Part shown: piece by piece, positions 1 to 10,524 of the stretch
Numbering within the stretch: position 1 is the first letter of the stretch
Layout: every line of letters begins with the position of its first letter
NCBI GenBank assembly: GCA_038061995.1
Contig: JBBTYA010000002.1
Span: 1 to 60,511 of the forward strand
Direction of reading: 5' to 3'
DNA length: 60,511 nucleotides
Origin: Patescibacteria group bacterium
GTDB taxonomy: Bacteria > Patescibacteriota > Minisyncoccia > 2-02-FULL-40-12 > GWA2-44-9
Notes under the pieces: generated by a model
What the model was told of the DNA's origin: nothing
Databases searched by the model: none
Seen by the model: only the letters and a program-made list of their open reading frames with translations
Translations under genes and position numbers: made by a program

Positions 1-209
1 TTTGGCTTGATAACTCCAGTCTTTGCGGCCTTATCAATCTTTTGGAACACGGCGGGAAGGAGTTTTTGTGCCTCCTTTATGTTGCCCGCTTCCACGAGCT
101 TGCGGAATTGCTTTACAACATCTTTATATGCCTTTGCGCGCGTGACATTACGGGCGCGGCGCGTCTTGGATTGGCGTAGTGCTTTCTCTGCAGATTTCGT
201 ATTTGGCAT
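1..209 (-). CDS. rpsT: 30S ribosomal protein S20 (3' end outside window)
   Basis: Manual minus-strand translation from ATG at 209: MPNTKSAEKALRQSKTRRARN...IDKAAKTGVIKP, the typical S20 signature; not in the ORF track. Confidence 0.95.
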   Translation of the reverse strand, partial: MPNTKSAEKALRQSKTRRARNVTRAKAYKDVVKQFRKLVEAGNIKEAQKLLPAVFQKIDKAAKTGVIKP

Positions 210-241
210 GGTCGCGAGTATACAATAATGGTCAGATGAAA

Positions 242-2248
242 TCAAGTATCTGCGTTATCCCGATGTTTGATTTTTTGGATCTGATCGCGGATGCTCATCG
301 CCGTTTCATAGTCCATTTTTCGAACGGCTCGCTCCATCATCTTTGTGAGCTGAGCAACTGCACCCTGAGAGCCAGAGCTTGCGAGCTGTGCGATGGTTGG
401 CGTGGTGGCTTCTGCGGGAGCGCGACTGACCGGGAGATCAAAGCCGCCAATGTGTTTTTGCACGCTTTGGGGGATAATGCCACGTTCGGTGTTATAAATT
501 TCTTGTCGCGCACGGCGACGTTGTGTTTCTCCAACAGCGGCAAGAATAGACTTTGTTTCCTTGTCCGCATATAAGATAACGTGCCCCTCTACGTGACGTG
601 CCGCGCGACCCATGGTTTGAATCATTGTTGTGGTGTTGCGGAGGAACCCTTCTTTATCCGCATCAAGAATGGCAACAAGAGATACTTCGGGGAGGTCGAG
701 ACCTTCGCGGAGGAGGTTTACTCCTACAATGACATCGTAGGAGCCTAGGCGAAAGTCTTTGAGAATTTGCAGGCGGTCGAGCGTTTTAATTTCTGAATGG
801 AGATAGTTTACCTTCACATCGTTGCGCGCTAAAAATTCAGCAAGGTCTTCCGCCATACGCTTGGTGAGTGTTGTCACAATAACGCGCTCGTTGCGCGCGA
901 CGCGCTCGCGGATGCGTCCAAGGAGGTGCTCTATCTGGCCTTCGGTTGGATGTATCTCTACTGTTGGATCAAGAAGCCCTGTGGGGCGTACGAGTTGCTC
1001 TGCGATGCCTTTCTTCTTTGCTTTCTTGAGCTCGTATTCGCTCGGCGTAGCAGAAACATACACTGTCTTTTGGATGCGCTTCACAAACTCAGTAAACATG
1101 AGGGGGCGATTATCGATTGCCGAGGGGAGGCGAAAGCCATAATTAACCAGCGTTGTTTTGCGGGCGTGGTCACCGGCGTACATACTGCGCAATTGAGGTA
1201 CTGAAATATGCGACTCATCGATAATGGTGAGAAACTCTCCCTTTTGTGCAAAGAAGTCTAAAAGCGTATACGGCGGCGCTCCCGGCTTGCGGAAGTCGAG
1301 GTGTGCTGAATAGTTTTCGATGCCATGGCAGTAGCCAGTCTGGCGAATCATCTCCATGTCGTGGAGTGTGCGTTCATGGAGTCGACCGGCTTCAAGGTGC
1401 TTGTCTTGTGCTTTTAATACTTTGACGTGCTTTTGGAGCTCGCTCTTTATATTCTCAATGGCGATACCATTTTTTGAATCATCTGCAATCCAATACTTTG
1501 CGGGGAAAATAGTAGTCTCCTCAATAGGCTCATATGTTGGCGTGAGTGTGGCGAGTTCATCGGCGTCAGGAATATCGGCGCGCTCAATGGCGGCGATGGC
1601 AGTGCCGCGGAATGTAACGCGAGTAATCTCTTGAGCGCTTGGTGAAATGATTTCAATCTCATCACGTGTTTTTCGGAATGTGCCACGCTTAAGTTCGATA
1701 TCTTGCGCATACTGAAGTCGCATGAGATTACGCGCAAGATCCGAGGGCGTCATCTTCTTTTTTGTGAAGAGCTCAAGGCCCATCTTCTTGTAATCTTCAG
1801 GAGAGCCGAGGTTATAGATACACGAGACTGAGGCGATAATAATAACGTCATCGCGACTCATAATCGCCTGCGTTGCGGCGTGACGAAGTCGATCAATCTC
1901 TTCGTTTATCTTTGAGTCCTTTTCAATGTACGTATCGGTAGTCGGGAGGTATGCTTCCGGTTGGTAATAATCGAAGTAACTCACGAAGTAGTGCACGGCA
2001 TTGTCTGGGAAGAATGTTTTAAATTCTCGATAGAGCTGGGCGGCGAGCGTTTTATTGTGAGAGATAATAAGTGTCGGCTTGTTATACTTTTGGATAACGT
2101 GGGCCATGGTAAATGTCTTTCCAGAACCCGTAACACCCAAAAGCACCTGGTCACGCAGGCCTTCTTTAAGTCCTCCAGTGAGTTGTGTGATAGCCTCTGG
2201 CTGGTCGCCAGCTGGTTCGTAGGTTGATTTGAGGTTAAAGAGTGGCAT
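242..2248 (-). CDS. uvrB: Excinuclease ABC subunit B
   Basis: GDQPEAI, GVTGSGKT Walker A, YFVSYFDYYQPEAY, DESH, C-terminal UVR domain. Confidence 0.98.
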   Translation of the reverse strand: MPLFNLKSTYEPAGDQPEAITQLTGGLKEGLRDQVLLGVTGSGKTFTMAHVIQKYNKPTLIISHNKTLAAQLYREFKTFFPDNAVHYFVSYFDYYQPEAYLPTTDTYIEKDSKINEEIDRLRHAATQAIMSRDDVIIIASVSCIYNLGSPEDYKKMGLELFTKKKMTPSDLARNLMRLQYAQDIELKRGTFRKTRDEIEIISPSAQEITRVTFRGTAIAAIERADIPDADELATLTPTYEPIEETTIFPAKYWIADDSKNGIAIENIKSELQKHVKVLKAQDKHLEAGRLHERTLHDMEMIRQTGYCHGIENYSAHLDFRKPGAPPYTLLDFFAQKGEFLTIIDESHISVPQLRSMYAGDHARKTTLVNYGFRLPSAIDNRPLMFTEFVKRIQKTVYVSATPSEYELKKAKKKGIAEQLVRPTGLLDPTVEIHPTEGQIEHLLGRIRERVARNERVIVTTLTKRMAEDLAEFLARNDVKVNYLHSEIKTLDRLQILKDFRLGSYDVIVGVNLLREGLDLPEVSLVAILDADKEGFLRNTTTMIQTMGRAARHVEGHVILYADKETKSILAAVGETQRRRARQEIYNTERGIIPQSVQKHIGGFDLPVSRAPAEATTPTIAQLASSGSQGAVAQLTKMMERAVRKMDYETAMSIRDQIQKIKHRDNADT

Positions 2249-2289
2249 GTCGCAGAGATAAAAATCGTGCTATGCTCTTGCCTATACGT

Positions 2290-2880
2290 ATGATTAGTTA
2301 TCTTGAAGGAATCGTTGTTGCACGCGGCGAGCGCACGCTTACTATCACTGCTGGAGGGGTGGGGTACACCCTTGTCTGTACGTCAAAATTGCAGGAAAGT
2401 GTAACAAAGATAGGGGCAGTAGTCAAGGCATTCGTGCATACCCAAATGAACATGCGAGAGGGGGTTTTTGACCTCTTTGGGTTTCTCTCGGAGCGTGAGC
2501 GCGAGCTCTTCGTGCTACTCACATCCGTTTCCGGTATCGGCCCTAAAAATGCCATGAGTATTCTTGCAACCGTAGATCCTGGCTTGCTCAAAGCTGCGGT
2601 TATGAAGGGGGATGCCGACTATTTACGCACAGTCTCTGGCCTTGGCCCAAAGACTGCACAGCGTCTTATTATTGAGTTGAAAACAAAGATCGAAGGCATG
2701 GATGTCGGTTCGATGCCCGATGTTGATCTGGACGCAGAACGGCAGGCGATGGAAGCCCTTATCGCATTGGGGTATTCGGCCTACCAAGCAAAAGAAGCGC
2801 TTGCGCATGTTTCTACAGAGGCTCGTGACGCTCGCGAGCGAGTCCGCGATGCACTGCGCGCGTTGAGTAAACACTCATAA
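2290..2880 (+). CDS. ruvA: Holliday junction branch migration protein RuvA
   Basis: MISYLEG start, GGVGY, LTSVSGIGPKNA and GLGPKTAQRLIIELK HhH motifs, ALIALGYS C-terminal domain. Confidence 0.96.
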   Translation: MISYLEGIVVARGERTLTITAGGVGYTLVCTSKLQESVTKIGAVVKAFVHTQMNMREGVFDLFGFLSERERELFVLLTSVSGIGPKNAMSILATVDPGLLKAAVMKGDADYLRTVSGLGPKTAQRLIIELKTKIEGMDVGSMPDVDLDAERQAMEALIALGYSAYQAKEALAHVSTEARDARERVRDALRALSKHS

Positions 2881-3803
2881 TGCAGAACTCATTTCTCACA
2901 ACTATCGAGTGGCTTGCATTTCAGAAGAAGCTTGGCCGTGCCGCATGGCGATATGACGCCGGCGGGGTTGTCGCGAACATCATTCGCCACGATCTTTCTT
3001 TTGGAAAAAATTACCTGTACATACCACATGGTCCTATCCTTGATACCGCAGAAGCAGCCGGTGGGTATGATCGTGCCATCCGTGCTTTTGTAGACGCGGT
3101 GACAGCTATCGCAAAGCGCGAAGGAAGTATTTTTATCAAATGTGAGCCATTGCACGATCCCGTAAAACAATTACTTATTCGCGCCGGGTTCGCTCACAGT
3201 ACAAAAGCATTGCAACCGACGCGGTCGCTCCTCCTAGATCTCTCGCAATCAGAGGAGGATCTTCTCTCTGGCATGCACCACAAAACGCGCTATAACATCC
3301 GTCTCGGCGAGCGCAAAGGGTTGCGACTTGAACCAAGTATGGACGGCACTGCATTTTGGCGACTTATGCAACAGACGGCGAAGCATGATGGCTTCTCTCC
3401 TCACCCCGCGTCATACTATCAGGCGCTTATTGATTCTTTTGCCGGCGCTGGCGTGCTCCAGACACAGCTCTTTCTTGTACGTTATGAGGATGCCGTAGTC
3501 GCTGGTGCTATTATCCTCACGCACGGCGATACCATCTATTACTTGCATGGTGCTATGGATCGGGCGCATAAAACGCTCAAGGCTCCTAGTTTCATGCGTT
3601 GGGAGATTATTCGGCACTACCAGGGGAAGGGAGTCCACTGGTATAACTTTTGGGGGATCGACGACGATCGTTGGCCGGGCGTTACACGCTTTAAAACGGG
3701 GTTTGGCGGTGCGGAGGTTGAATATCCAGGCGCATGTGATATGACGATATCGCGTGGGTGGCATGTCATATATCGCATCGCCCGCTCCCTACGTTTTTCA
3801 TGA
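2880..3803 (+). CDS. FemABX-family peptidoglycan bridge aminoacyltransferase
   Basis: YIPHGP, KTRYNIRLGERKGL, YYLHGA, YNFWGI, GVTRFKTGFGG motifs; abuts murE. Confidence 0.9.
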   Translation: MQNSFLTTIEWLAFQKKLGRAAWRYDAGGVVANIIRHDLSFGKNYLYIPHGPILDTAEAAGGYDRAIRAFVDAVTAIAKREGSIFIKCEPLHDPVKQLLIRAGFAHSTKALQPTRSLLLDLSQSEEDLLSGMHHKTRYNIRLGERKGLRLEPSMDGTAFWRLMQQTAKHDGFSPHPASYYQALIDSFAGAGVLQTQLFLVRYEDAVVAGAIILTHGDTIYYLHGAMDRAHKTLKAPSFMRWEIIRHYQGKGVHWYNFWGIDDDRWPGVTRFKTGFGGAEVEYPGACDMTISRGWHVIYRIARSLRFS

Positions 3804-5032
3804 AGAAACTCTTCCGTCGTATAAAAAATACTCTCGCTCCGTGGTATCACGGAGGCGTTGCTCATCTTGCGGCATGGTACTACGGGTACCCCTCTCGTCA
3901 GATGAAAGTTATTGGCGTGACGGGAACAAAAGGGAAGTCAACGGTGGTATTCATGCTCGCGCATATTCTTGAGGCCGCAGGGCATCGCGTCGCATCAATC
4001 GGCTCTCTTGGGACTCGTATTGGAAGCCAGTCATGGCCCAACACGTTAAAAATGACCATGCCAGGGCGATTTTATCTGCAGCGTTTTTTAGCGCGAGCAC
4101 GAGAGGCGCAATGTGAGTATGTAGTAATGGAGGCTACGTCTGAAGGACTTGCTCAGAATCGTCACTACGGAGTGACGTTTGATTGTGCCGTATTTACGAA
4201 TCTGCACCCGGAGCATATTGAGTCTCATGGATCGCTGGATCGATACCGGGAAGCAAAAGAAAAACTGTTTGCGGTAACGAGTGGTATCCATGTGATCAAC
4301 GCAGACGATGCAGTCAGTGAGATATTTGCTCAGCATCCCGCAAAGCGCACTATCTTTTTTGGCATTGATCGTGGCGATATCCGTGCGAGTAATGTCACGG
4401 TAAATGCTCATACTGCTACCTTTCACGTATTTGATACACCGTGCACACTCCATGTGGGCGGGCGTTTCATGATAGCGAATGCACTTGCAGCGATTGCTAC
4501 GGCTGCGATGTATGATATCGATGTTCCTACGAGCTGTGCTGCGCTCGGTGCTCTGCCTATAGTGCCGGGGCGTATGCAGTACATACAGCGAGAGCCGTTC
4601 TCGGTTGTTGTTGATTATGCACACACGCCCGACTCGTTGCGTGCGGTGTATGAAACGCTCCGTCCATTAAAGCCTTTTCGTCTCATTGTGGTGCTTGGTG
4701 CTGCTGGTGGCGGTCGTGACACGTGGAAGCGTCCGCAATTCGGTGCTATCGCAGGAGAATGTGCGAGTGAAATCATTCTTACCAACGAAGATCCTTACGA
4801 TGAAGATCCAGATGCTATCGTGCATGCAGTGCATGCAGGTATTCCAGCGCATGCATCGGTTCGCGTTATTATGGATCGGGGGCAGGCAATTCGCGCGGCA
4901 ATTCGTTTAGCGCAAACGGGTGATGTCGTGGTGATCACGGGGAAGGGGTCGGAGACGTCGATTGCGGGCCCTCGGGGCCTACGTACGTCTTGGTCTGATG
5001 CCGACGTCGCCCAAGAGGCTTTGAGGCCCTGA
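3800..5032 (+). CDS. murE: MurE-type UDP-MurNAc-tripeptide ligase
   Basis: GVTGTKGKST, MEATSEG, FTNLHPEH, PGRMQ, VDYAHTPD, ITGKGSE; ATGA overlap with the upstream stop. Confidence 0.9.
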   Translation: MKKLFRRIKNTLAPWYHGGVAHLAAWYYGYPSRQMKVIGVTGTKGKSTVVFMLAHILEAAGHRVASIGSLGTRIGSQSWPNTLKMTMPGRFYLQRFLARAREAQCEYVVMEATSEGLAQNRHYGVTFDCAVFTNLHPEHIESHGSLDRYREAKEKLFAVTSGIHVINADDAVSEIFAQHPAKRTIFFGIDRGDIRASNVTVNAHTATFHVFDTPCTLHVGGRFMIANALAAIATAAMYDIDVPTSCAALGALPIVPGRMQYIQREPFSVVVDYAHTPDSLRAVYETLRPLKPFRLIVVLGAAGGGRDTWKRPQFGAIAGECASEIILTNEDPYDEDPDAIVHAVHAGIPAHASVRVIMDRGQAIRAAIRLAQTGDVVVITGKGSETSIAGPRGLRTSWSDADVAQEALRP

Positions 5033-5063
5033 CAATGGTCGCTGACTGGTTTATACTTTCACT

Positions 5064-5540
5064 ATGGACGAAGAGCTCTATGCACGCCTTGCGCGCAATG
5101 AGGAACAGCGCCTAAACACGCTCAGCGATACGGGCGGTTTTTGGGGGCTCATCGTGCTCGTGCTCCTTCTTCTCGCAGCTGCAGTTTTCATGTTCCGTGC
5201 CGGTGATCCTGTTGACCCCACCATAACAGCGCAGCCATCACCAACGCAGGCAGAAGTGCGCCAGCCGCGCATGTATACCGTTTCGTATCGTGGTGGCGTG
5301 TTTAGTCCCACCAACCTTCGCATTCATATTGGCGACACTGTGCGCATGAGAAACGATGGCATTGCACCATTACGTATTGTGAGTGATCCGCATCCCGCCC
5401 ACACAGGACTCCCCGGACTTGATAGTGTTTCCGATATTCCTCAAGGAAGTTATTTTGCTTTTACCTTTACGAAAGCGGGAATTTTTGGCTATCATAACGA
5501 GCGCGATAGTTCAGAAACAGGAGCGATCATGGTACGCTAA
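5064..5540 (+). CDS. Membrane-anchored cupredoxin-like protein
   Basis: One TM helix, then FSPTNLRIHIGDTV, SDPHPAH, FTFTKAGIFGYH cupredoxin-fold pattern. Confidence 0.7.
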   Translation: MDEELYARLARNEEQRLNTLSDTGGFWGLIVLVLLLLAAAVFMFRAGDPVDPTITAQPSPTQAEVRQPRMYTVSYRGGVFSPTNLRIHIGDTVRMRNDGIAPLRIVSDPHPAHTGLPGLDSVSDIPQGSYFAFTFTKAGIFGYHNERDSSETGAIMVR

Positions 5541-5548
5541 TACTATTC

Positions 5549-6931
5549 ATGGCAAAAACTCTTTCATTCCACGGGGGCACGAAGACAGTAACAGGTTCGA
5601 ACTATCTTATTGAAACAGATGACGCTCGTATTCTCATCGACTGCGGCCTCTTCCAAGGTTCTCGCTATAACGAATCTCTTAATTTCGAAAAGTTTGCTTA
5701 TAATCCGGTTTCCGTTGGAGCTATTTGTATTACTCACAGTCACGCCGATCACGTAGGGCGACTGCCTAAGCTATATAAAGACGGGTTCCGAGGTGCGGTG
5801 CTCGCAACTGAACCTTCAGCGGCTGTTATGCGCGTTGCGCTCTTTGATACGTTTGAAAAAATGATGCAAGACGCACAGGAAGAGGGTCATCAGCCTATGT
5901 ACTATCGTGAAGATGTCGAGGCGGTGCTCCAACTTATCGAGCCAATCCGCTACGATGAACCACGTTCTGTAGGTTCTCTAACCGTCACCTTCCGTCAGTC
6001 GAGCCATATTCTTGGCTCAGCATTTGTTGAGGTGCGCATCCCAGAAGCATCTGGAGAGCGCCTCCTCTTATTTACGGGAGACTTGGGCAACCCACCTTCC
6101 GCGATCCTCAACCCCATTGATGAACCTAGCGCTGCGCGAGACGTTATCATTGAAGCTGCATATGGCAATCGGCTACACGAAGATCGCGACGAGCGGCGGA
6201 CTATTTTGCGCGACACTATTTTAGAAACGGTACGCGCAGAGGGCACGCTCATGATCCCATCGTTTGCTATAGAACGTACGCAAGAGATTCTCTTAGAGCT
6301 TGAAGAGCTTTTTAGTACAGGTCAGATCCCTAACACTATTCCCGTATTCGTGGATAGCCCTCTCGCCATTCATATCACGGAAGTGTATAGCAAGTTTTCA
6401 AATTACATGAACGCTGGCGCAGTGCAGACGCTCGAGAAGTATGGCGGACTCTTCTCATTCCCGTGGTTGACCTTTACTCATACCGTAGAGCAATCAAAGG
6501 GGATTAATAACGTGTCTGGTCCTAAAATTATTATTGCCGGTTCAGGCATGTCGCAAGGTGGTCGCATCTTGCATCACGAGACGCGCTACCTTCCTGATGC
6601 TAAAAGCACCATTCTGTTTGTAGGGTATCAGGTGCAGGGGAGTCTCGGCCGTCGTATCCTAGACAAGGAGCCGCACGTGACGATCTTCGGGCAACTTGTT
6701 CCGGTGAAGTGTCGCGTGAAGGCTATCGGCGGCTACTCTGCGCACGCTGATCAGCAGGGCCTCATGGATTTTCTTAAGCGCATTCATGCACAAGGGAATC
6801 TCTCCCGCGTATTCGTAGTCCAAGGAGAACCTGATGCAGTTACGGCGCTGAGCGAGCGCATTACCAGTGAGCTTGGAGTTGAGGCCTTTTGCCCCGATCA
6901 AGGCGCCTCGTTCCCTCTTGACGAGAAATAA
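5549..6931 (+). CDS. MBL-fold beta-CASP ribonuclease
   Basis: VTGSNY, IDCGLFQG, THSHADHVG, PSFAIERTQE, GSGMSQGGRI, YSAHADQ. Confidence 0.92.
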   Translation: MAKTLSFHGGTKTVTGSNYLIETDDARILIDCGLFQGSRYNESLNFEKFAYNPVSVGAICITHSHADHVGRLPKLYKDGFRGAVLATEPSAAVMRVALFDTFEKMMQDAQEEGHQPMYYREDVEAVLQLIEPIRYDEPRSVGSLTVTFRQSSHILGSAFVEVRIPEASGERLLLFTGDLGNPPSAILNPIDEPSAARDVIIEAAYGNRLHEDRDERRTILRDTILETVRAEGTLMIPSFAIERTQEILLELEELFSTGQIPNTIPVFVDSPLAIHITEVYSKFSNYMNAGAVQTLEKYGGLFSFPWLTFTHTVEQSKGINNVSGPKIIIAGSGMSQGGRILHHETRYLPDAKSTILFVGYQVQGSLGRRILDKEPHVTIFGQLVPVKCRVKAIGGYSAHADQQGLMDFLKRIHAQGNLSRVFVVQGEPDAVTALSERITSELGVEAFCPDQGASFPLDEK

Positions 6932-6995
6932 AAAACGGGTTGATTTTAGCTGCCCATCGTGCTAGGATGGGGCGCTTGTACGTCACTGTATTTCT

Positions 6996-9323
6996 ATGGC
7001 CACCATTTCAATTCCAGAAGAACTGCCTTTAATTCCGTTGAAAAATACGGTGCTTTTTCCGAAGATTGTCATGCCGCTGGTCGTGCAGCGTCAGAAATCT
7101 GTGCATGCCTTGGATGTTGCTATGGCGCGCGACCAGCTCGTGTGTTTTGTCGCACAGAAAGATATGCGCGACGATGTCTCCGCTGATGACTTTTATCGCG
7201 TTGGTGTTGTCGGCCGTGTCATTTCCGTCTTCCGTCTTCCCGACGGTTCCGCAAAAGTAGACGTCGAAGGTATTGTGCGTGTACGTCTTGAGAGTGTACT
7301 CCAAGATGATCCGCTATTCCGCGTGCGCGTAACTGCGATGCCACTCCAATACGCACATGAAGATCTCCCAACACAAGTACTCTTGCGTCGAGTGATTGAT
7401 CAGTTTTTAAAGATCTCTGAACTGCGCTCAGTCCAGGCGGTTGCTCCAGAAGTGGCGTTCATGATTTCTAATAGTAAAGATATCGAGCAGGTCATTAGCT
7501 TCGTCGCGGTAAACGTGAACCACGGCGGCCCTGAAGATCAGCAACGAATCCTTGAGCAGGTAGCAAGTAAAGATGCGCTCTCGAACCTCAATGTACTTAT
7601 AGCGCGCGAGTTAGAGATTCTTGAAACGGAACGATCCCTTGCTCGCGAAACCAAAAAGAAAATTGGTAAAATGCAGCGCGAAATGTTTTTGCGTGAGCAA
7701 ATGAAGAGCATTGAAAAAGAGCTTGGCGTCGATGATGAGCAGGCGGAGTTCGATGTGCTGAGGGAAAAAATCCTTGCGGCGCACATGCCCGAAGAGACCG
7801 AAGCTAAGGCGCTCAAAGAATTGGGTCGCCTTGCGCGCATGCCAACCTATAGCCCAGAGACATCGTACATTCGTACCTATTTAGACTGGCTGATCGAATT
7901 GCCGTGGCAAGAAATCTCTCAAGAGAAGATTGATCTCAAAGAAGCTGAAAAAATCCTCCACACCGACCACCATGGCATGGAGAAGGTAAAGGAGCGTATT
8001 TTAGAGTACATCGCAGTGAAAAAGAAAGTTGCGAAACTGCGCGGCCCTATTCTGTGTTTTGTTGGCCCGCCAGGAACGGGCAAGACGTCTGTAGGTAAAT
8101 CTATCGCCCGCGCGCTTGGACGCACATTTGTGCGTATGTCGTTAGGTGGTATTCGCGATGAGGCAGAGATTCGCGGCCATCGCCGTACGTACGTTGGAGC
8201 GATGCCAGGCCGTATTATTCAGAGCATCAATAACGCCAAGGTGAAAAACCCGGTGATTATGCTTGATGAGATTGATAAGATCGGTGCCGACTTCCGCGGT
8301 GACCCATCTGCAGCATTGCTTGAGGCATTGGATCCAGAACAAAATAGTTCCTTCTCGGACCACTATTTAGAGGTTCCGTTTGATCTCTCCGACGTGCTTT
8401 TCATTGCAACCGCGAATGCGCTCGATACTATTCCACCAGCATTGCGCGACCGTCTCGAAATGATCCGTTTTCCGGGATATACCGAATTGGAAAAAATTGA
8501 GATCGCAAAACAGTTTATTTTACCAAAGGTGCTAGAGAACCATGGTCTCACGAAGCGTTCGGTCACATTCCCAATTCCCGTATTAAAAGATATTGTCACC
8601 AAACACACCTATGAAGCAGGTGTGCGTGATCTCGAGCGCCAGATCGCCACCATCGTACGTAAGGCGACACGTCAATTAGTGCAAAATCCAAAGAAGACAT
8701 CAATCGCGATTAATCCAGCTACACTACACACCTATTTGGGCCCCGTGAAGTTTACGCATCAGAAAGCAGAGGCAAAAGATGAAGTAGGCGTCGCAACGGG
8801 TATGGTGTGGATGCCAACGGGCGGAGATGTGCTCACTATTGAAGCAACCATGATGCCGGGTAAGGGCCGCCTTACGCTCACTGGCCAGTTAGGTGATATG
8901 GCGCGAGAGTCTGCGCAGGCCGCTTTGAGTTTTGCTCGTGGCTATGTAGCGAAACAGAAAAAATCCAAAGAAGATTTTGGTGCTTTTGATATTCATATTC
9001 ACCTTCCTTCGGGCGCTATTAAAAAAGATGGACCTTCCGCAGGTACGGGGCTAGCAACTGCGCTCATTTCACTTTTCTCTGGAGTGCCGGTACGTCGTGA
9101 CGTTGCGATGACTGGTGAGGTCACGTTGCGCGGAAAGGTGCTTGAAATTGGGGGCGTGAAAGAGAAGGTGCTTGGCGCACATCGCGCAGGCATTCGTCAC
9201 GTGATCCTTCCTATGGAGAATAAAAAGGATCTTGAAGATGTTCCTGCAGAGATAAAGAAGCGGATTACTATCCATTTTGCACGCACGATGGAAGACGTGC
9301 TCAAGATCGCACTACGCGCATAA
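6996..9323 (+). CDS. lon: ATP-dependent protease La
   Basis: LON N-domain, GPPGTGKT, RRTYVGAMPG, KKDGPSAG catalytic Ser, IGGVKEK. Confidence 0.98.
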   Translation: MATISIPEELPLIPLKNTVLFPKIVMPLVVQRQKSVHALDVAMARDQLVCFVAQKDMRDDVSADDFYRVGVVGRVISVFRLPDGSAKVDVEGIVRVRLESVLQDDPLFRVRVTAMPLQYAHEDLPTQVLLRRVIDQFLKISELRSVQAVAPEVAFMISNSKDIEQVISFVAVNVNHGGPEDQQRILEQVASKDALSNLNVLIARELEILETERSLARETKKKIGKMQREMFLREQMKSIEKELGVDDEQAEFDVLREKILAAHMPEETEAKALKELGRLARMPTYSPETSYIRTYLDWLIELPWQEISQEKIDLKEAEKILHTDHHGMEKVKERILEYIAVKKKVAKLRGPILCFVGPPGTGKTSVGKSIARALGRTFVRMSLGGIRDEAEIRGHRRTYVGAMPGRIIQSINNAKVKNPVIMLDEIDKIGADFRGDPSAALLEALDPEQNSSFSDHYLEVPFDLSDVLFIATANALDTIPPALRDRLEMIRFPGYTELEKIEIAKQFILPKVLENHGLTKRSVTFPIPVLKDIVTKHTYEAGVRDLERQIATIVRKATRQLVQNPKKTSIAINPATLHTYLGPVKFTHQKAEAKDEVGVATGMVWMPTGGDVLTIEATMMPGKGRLTLTGQLGDMARESAQAALSFARGYVAKQKKSKEDFGAFDIHIHLPSGAIKKDGPSAGTGLATALISLFSGVPVRRDVAMTGEVTLRGKVLEIGGVKEKVLGAHRAGIRHVILPMENKKDLEDVPAEIKKRITIHFARTMEDVLKIALRA

Positions 9324-9366
9324 CATATCCCTTTCTGGCGCCTAGGGTGCGTGCTATGCTCTGCAT

Positions 9367-10524
9367 ATGCGCGCTGGGTATTTTCTTGATCCACAGTTTC
9401 TCCATGCTACTGCAGTATTAGCGGGTACGATGGTTGGTGTTGGCATCTTTGGACTCCCATTCGCATTCGCAAAGGCCGGCTTTGGCATGGGCCTTATTTT
9501 TTTTGCGCTGACCATTTCCGCGACCATCGCGATGAACCTCATGTTCTCTGAGGTGATTCTGAGAACACGAGGCAAACATCAGCTCGTAGGCTACACGCGA
9601 GAGTATTTAGGCCTCATTCCACAGCGCATCGTTCTGCTCGCGAACATACTCGGTATTTCCGGAGCACTGTTAGCATATATTATCGCAGCGGGTGAGTTCT
9701 TATCTTGCATTTCTGCTTCTTTCGTCGCCATCGACCCAAGCTGGTTTTCTTTCGCCTTTTTCCTTCTTGTCTCATGCATTCTTCCGTTTGGTTTCCGCAC
9801 TATTGCAACGATAGAATTTGGCTTAGCAATCATTTTTTCTGTCATCATTCTTTCCATCACCGGTGTGAGCATTCCTCATATCTCCGTAGAGCACTTCCAA
9901 GGTTTTAATAGTGATTTCTGGTTTCTTCCGTACGGAATTCTTTTGTTTGCTTTTGCTGGACTCACATCACTCCCCATACAGCGAGAAGTGTTGCGTGGCA
10001 AAGAGAGATTACTGCGCCCCTCCATCATTACGGCGGTGAGCATTGTGGGTACGCTCTTTCTTCTCTTTACGATTGCTGTTGTGGGTGTGATGGGGCCCAA
10101 CACCGAGCCACAGGCGCTTACGAATCTTGCGGATACGCTCGGTGGTGTGGGGCATCTCATCGTAACCCTCGGATCATTATTTGGAGTTGTCGCGATCACC
10201 ACATCATACCTCATGCTGGGTACGGCGCTTACTGACATCTTCCGTCTTGACTACGGCATCCCGCGACGTTGGGCGCTTCTGCTTGCCGGTGTTCCGCCCA
10301 TTCTTTTATATATACTTGGATTGCGGAGCTTCATCACCGTCATTAGTCTTATTGGCACACTTGCCATCGGTATTGAATCCGTGGTGCTGATCGTCCTCTA
10401 CCGGCGTTCTCAAAAAGAGGGGACGCGGGACCCTGAGTACCAAGTGCATATCCCATTTGCACTCCAGATTGCACTTGCTATGGTGTTTGTAGGAGGGGTT
10501 ATTTATGAGCTTCTTTTTGCGTAA
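9367..10524 (+). CDS. Aromatic amino acid/HAAAP-type permease
   Basis: GTMVGVGIFGLP N-terminal motif, about 11 hydrophobic segments. Confidence 0.8.
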   Translation: MRAGYFLDPQFLHATAVLAGTMVGVGIFGLPFAFAKAGFGMGLIFFALTISATIAMNLMFSEVILRTRGKHQLVGYTREYLGLIPQRIVLLANILGISGALLAYIIAAGEFLSCISASFVAIDPSWFSFAFFLLVSCILPFGFRTIATIEFGLAIIFSVIILSITGVSIPHISVEHFQGFNSDFWFLPYGILLFAFAGLTSLPIQREVLRGKERLLRPSIITAVSIVGTLFLLFTIAVVGVMGPNTEPQALTNLADTLGGVGHLIVTLGSLFGVVAITTSYLMLGTALTDIFRLDYGIPRRWALLLAGVPPILLYILGLRSFITVISLIGTLAIGIESVVLIVLYRRSQKEGTRDPEYQVHIPFALQIALAMVFVGGVIYELLFA

